DNA from: Raillietiella orientalis
Lineage: Eukaryota
Direction: 5' to 3'
Assembly (NCBI GenBank): GCA_036172245.1
Contig: JAYWIR010000001.1
Span: forward strand, 3,720,001 to 3,784,000
Length of the DNA: 64,000 nucleotides
This document shows positions 59,803 to 64,000 of the stretch, piece by piece. Position 1 is the first letter of the stretch. The number at the start of each line of letters is the position of its first letter. Under the pieces are notes generated by a model. It saw only the letters and a list, made by a program, of their open reading frames with translations. It ran no database searches and was not told the origin of the DNA. The position numbers were made by a program, and so were the translations under genes.

Positions 59803-62800
59803 CTTTCCAGCCGAAAAATCCTCTCCCCTGATGGAGCAAAGAGAAGATTCGGCTCTGGCAGCAGCAGAAGCAGCAACCATAAACGGCCGACGTACCATCA
59901 CGTGCAAGAGGGAAGGAAGGAGGAGAGAGAAAAGAAAAAAAGGGAAAAAAATCGATGCTTCCAGGGGAGCGAACGGCAACTTCCAGCCTCGTCCTGAGAC
60001 GCACTCCCCTCGCCGGAAAAGAAAACGAATTTTCTTTTTTCTTTTCCTTTCTTTCCGAGCTCTTTGGGGGTGTCCTCTCCGTTCCTCCCTACCCGAACTC
60101 GCGCAACTTTCTTTCCAAGAAATAAGAAAGAATTTCATTATGCGAAATTACCGGAAACCACTCGATAAGTTTTCACCCTTTCCTCCCCCCCTCCACTCCT
60201 CTCCTCCCTGCTGTTCCTTTTTCTTCCTTCTTCTTCCTGCCTCTCTGCAGAAAATGATCGGGAAAACGCGAAACTCGACACCATGACTTTCCAATAGGTG
60301 TAAGGATCTTCCGGACATTGCAGATGAAATCGGAGATAGAAATGACATCTGGCGGCGGAGCGCGTGGCCTCCAACGATGGGATTGGAGGGAAGAGGAGGG
60401 GGGGTTAGGAGCAGGGAACAGTGCTCGGGAGCGTCCTGGGAAACGGTTCCTCCGACGGGAAGCCATGATCCCAGGAGGCGGCGTCCACCAGCGACTTCCT
60501 CCGCTCAAGAAGCGGAGGAACGGCTGCTACCCACATCGTAAAGAATGCCAGCTGGCTCTTTCTGGAAAGAAGGCGACGGTCTACGTCACGGAGGAACGAA
60601 CGGCAGCTGATCCTGAAAGGTGAAACGTGATCACCCTGAAGGGTTGCCGAGGGGTGGGTCTGAGTAGGCACCAGAGGCGGGATGCCCCGTTCGAGAGATG
60701 TGGCGCGCGAGCTCAAAAACGGACAACCAGAAGCCGTCGAGGAGCTGCACCGAGCGGCGTTAAGCGGCATCCACGGCGCAGTACGAGTTGCAGGGAACCG
60801 CAGGAATTCCTCATCCGTGCGTCCAGCGGAGGACGCCGATCGCTGGCGGCAGCTTAGAAATGGCGAGAGCCTGCTGGAACGACTGAAAAAGTCCAAAGCG
60901 TGGATTTGGCAAACGCCGGAAGCTTTTTCACGGACAAGGAGAGTCCATCAGCTGCCGAAAACTGTAGAAAAAGACAGAGGCCGATTCAAAAAAGGCTACA
61001 GAGCACTGCTTGGTGGAATTTCCCTCATCACTCTGCTTGTCATCCTAATGATGAGGCCTTGACACTCAAGACTCCTTCATCACGGACGGGTGGCCCATCT
61101 GATGCTATCAACATCTCCCAGAGTTTCGAATCTTCGAGAGTCACTTATTCCCTTTCTGATGTGCTTCGCCCGTCCCTTTAGAATTTTTCTCTCGGGATCT
61201 TCACTTCTGTATCCATCTGTATCCCTCAAGACCGGAGTATCCATCTGTATCCCTGCATCCTAAGATCTCATAGATCCTACGATGATTGCTCTCGAGGTCT
61301 CCAACACTCCTCTGGAGGCAAAGCCATCCATATTTGCTCTTTTTCCTGCGGCGCCACTTGTGGCTCTGTTTCTGAGTATTCACAGAAGCAGACGGCGTCC
61401 GGTAAAGTGCTTTCCCTTTTTTTCAGGAGCGCTGCATGCAGCCGCTTCTTCGACTTTACCCTGGGAATACCTTGTTTAAAGGCCATCAGTGTTTCGTGTC
61501 TTCTGTGCATGGCCTGTGGCACCAGCTCGTCAAGCCCTCCCGCGAATGTAGCTTGGTTGCTGATGCATCATTTGTGGAAGTGACCTCGCAGATGCTCTCT
61601 CATACCATGCACATTCTGCACATGCGATCGGTGCATAGACTGTGCAGGTGTTATTCCTGATGGACGATGCTGCATGGGCAGAAGGTTAGGCGCTTCTAAA
61701 TAAGGGAGGTGCGCGACCATTTCTCCACCTGATTTTGACTCCTGGTGGAGATTTCTGGAGATGAGAAAAGAACAAAAACGGGGAAAAATTTACAGGGAGA
61801 TTTCGCATTTTACTTTTTGAATTGACTGTTTTCACGAGGCAGTCTCTAGATCGTTCGGATGCCACGGAGAGCCTTTCTAGAACGAAGTGCAATCTTTGGA
61901 TAGTGGAAGCTGCATGTGATCATGTACGTTTCTTTGCTGACAAAGTGCCCCAATCTGTTTCAGGAGCACACACCTACGTCTACATGAGAGCGCTAGACCT
62001 AGATGTCTATCGGCGGTGAGGTGGATCGAAACTCAGCAGTTCCGGAAACAAGGAAAGTGAAGCTCACGTGCGAATGAGCTTCCTTCTCCTGGAATCACCT
62101 TTCTTCCCAGCAGTTGGACCGGTTGGAGAATTGACGAGCAAGCAGCAATGTGTTGTAAGTAGAGCAGCATGCATGTCGGCTTTCGGTGCTCTTTTGCCCT
62201 GTGTCTCTTGCGGGCCACGCGTTGTCACTGCTCAGGGTTGCGTTCCGCAGCTTTGAGCTTTGGTCCTTCGGTTCTTCCTGTTGACAATGTCATCTTTTTC
62301 ACGGCACTGTGAAAAACAAATGTTGCTTTAAGAGCCCCTGTAAAAAATTTGCTCAGGCCAATTTGCTAGGCATTCTTCAAACTGGAAGTTCATCATACAT
62401 CCAGATCAGTACGTGCGACTGTACACCTCCATAGCCACCTTTTGATCACGCTTGACCACCGCAAACCCATTAATTTTGGAACCACCTTACTTTAAGGTGA
62501 TGATTTGCTTCTGTGCACATCCCCATACCAACTGACTCCGACCAAGTGCAACGTCACTTTAACCTCCACACGTTGCACGAACTCTGGCTCAGATTACCTA
62601 TGAATGGAGCATCTCTAGGATTTCCAGAACACCTTTCCCTACACTTCCCCTCACACAAAAAGCAAGCAAGCTAGAGGAGTCTTACTCAGACGACACCAAC
62701 AAGGGAAGAGGTCCTCAGTATCCCCATCTTCCGCACTCAAGGTTCTTTCGCCAGCATAAGTCCATGGGCATTCCCAGCCGGTCTTTTTGGCACTAACATC

Positions 62801-62818
62801 AAGAGATCAGGGGATGCC

Positions 62819-63126
62819 TTTGCGAAGACTCGTGAGCAAATTGTGTTAAGAAAAGTCCGATTCGAATGCCACGGAATGCATTCTTGCAGGCTTCTTCGAT
62901 TCCGCCAAACTCTGGCCATTCCCAAAGACGTCAGAATTTACATGCGTTTGCGAAGACTCGTGAGCAAATTGTGTTAAGAAAAGTCCGATTCGAAAGTGAA
63001 GGGCGACTTCCTCCTTCCTCAAGAGGAAGAGAGGGTTGCTTTTCTAATGCCACGGAATGCATTCTAGCAGACTTCTTCGATTCCTCCAAACTCTGGCCAT
63101 TCCCAAAGCCGTCAGAATTTACATGC
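62819..63126. repeat. Tandem duplication (127-bp unit at 62819-62945; 180-bp unit at 62947-63126)
   Basis: Both units start tttgcgaagactcgtgagcaaattgtgttaagaaaagtccgattcgaa and end gtcagaatttacatgc; the second carries 53 extra bp. Confidence 0.92.
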
Positions 63127-64000
63127 TGCATCCGCGCTCGCATCCCGGAAACCTCCGACAGGAGTAAATCATTCTCTCGCACGCTGGCTCAGACAGCTGG
63201 CACGGTGGAGCGGATGTGCTTGCAGCCCGGCTTATTAGTCTCCGTCCCATTTGGCAAGGAATTTTCGCTCTTTCTGTTGAAAGCAAAACCTGCAGTTGAC
63301 CCGCATTCGACATTTAAAAAGAAGAAGAAAAAAAAAATGACAGTAATTAGATAGGATACGCAGATCAGGTTCCGGGAAGTCTGTGTAGCTGCGAAGAGAT
63401 CGAACTGAGTGCAAACCTGGCGGATAATTGAAATTGGGAAAAACTGGAGATGCTCACCTATTTCGGATTCGATTCTCAAAGGTCCTCAGAGCCATTTTAT
63501 GCTGAATTCGAGTGCAAAAAAGGCGATGCTTCATCCAGCTGCTTCCGATAAAAGAAAGTCCATCTTTCTTCAGCCACTACTTTGCATTTGCTGTCAAGTC
63601 AGTCTTCACTGCCACGGGAGGAAACGACAGATACAAAACATGATGACCCAGTCATCATCAAGCAACTCGAAGACTATAGTACTCACTCCATGAAACAAGG
63701 AAACCACCCTTTTTAGTGTCAAGACTTCTATGAAAAACGAACGATTAACACAGAATACTTGAACATGCACCTCTAGGAGACGCAAAACTGAGCACGAATA
63801 CGTAGATCCATAGGGCGATTCTGAATTTAAAAGGGGGAAAGAGTGATAAAAAAGCATGCTACCATGTGGAACTTCCAATGTTTAGGGTAAAGAAGTAGGC
63901 TACAAACTGAAAAAGACATTCAAAGTAGTGCACAAGGAACTGACGGTGACCGCAAAACTCGCAAAACTTCCGCCGAAGTCTAAGACTTCCTCAGAAATAC

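Noticed and set aside
60682..62560. ORF ending in a hydrophobic tail, and Cys/His-rich minus-strand fragments suggestive of a Mutator/SWIM relic
   Set aside because: No convincing motif spacing or splice structure by eye.

Overview
Eukaryotic, intron-containing animal DNA, probably arthropod; the species cannot be fixed from the sequence, and most ORFs in the six-frame track are chance ORFs. The main feature is a minus-strand nephrin-family (sticks-and-stones/hibris-like) Ig-superfamily adhesion gene. Nine GT-AG exons between 38812 and 4956 join in consistent phase into a 1657-nt partial CDS (552 codons + 1 nt) encoding a signal peptide and five Ig domains. I found no further exons, so the gene probably continues past the left edge. 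The introns and upstream region hold at least seven copies of a ~0.7-1.05 kb tRNA-derived SINE-like family. One copy sits inside one arm of a ~550-bp inverted duplication, so filled and empty insertion sites can be compared directly. Also present are pogo/Tigger-like MITEs, a probable decayed kinase remnant, local duplications, a strong pre-miRNA-like hairpin, and an ATG-TGA start-stop element just upstream of the main start codon. There are no prokaryotic systems, CRISPR arrays or rRNA genes.
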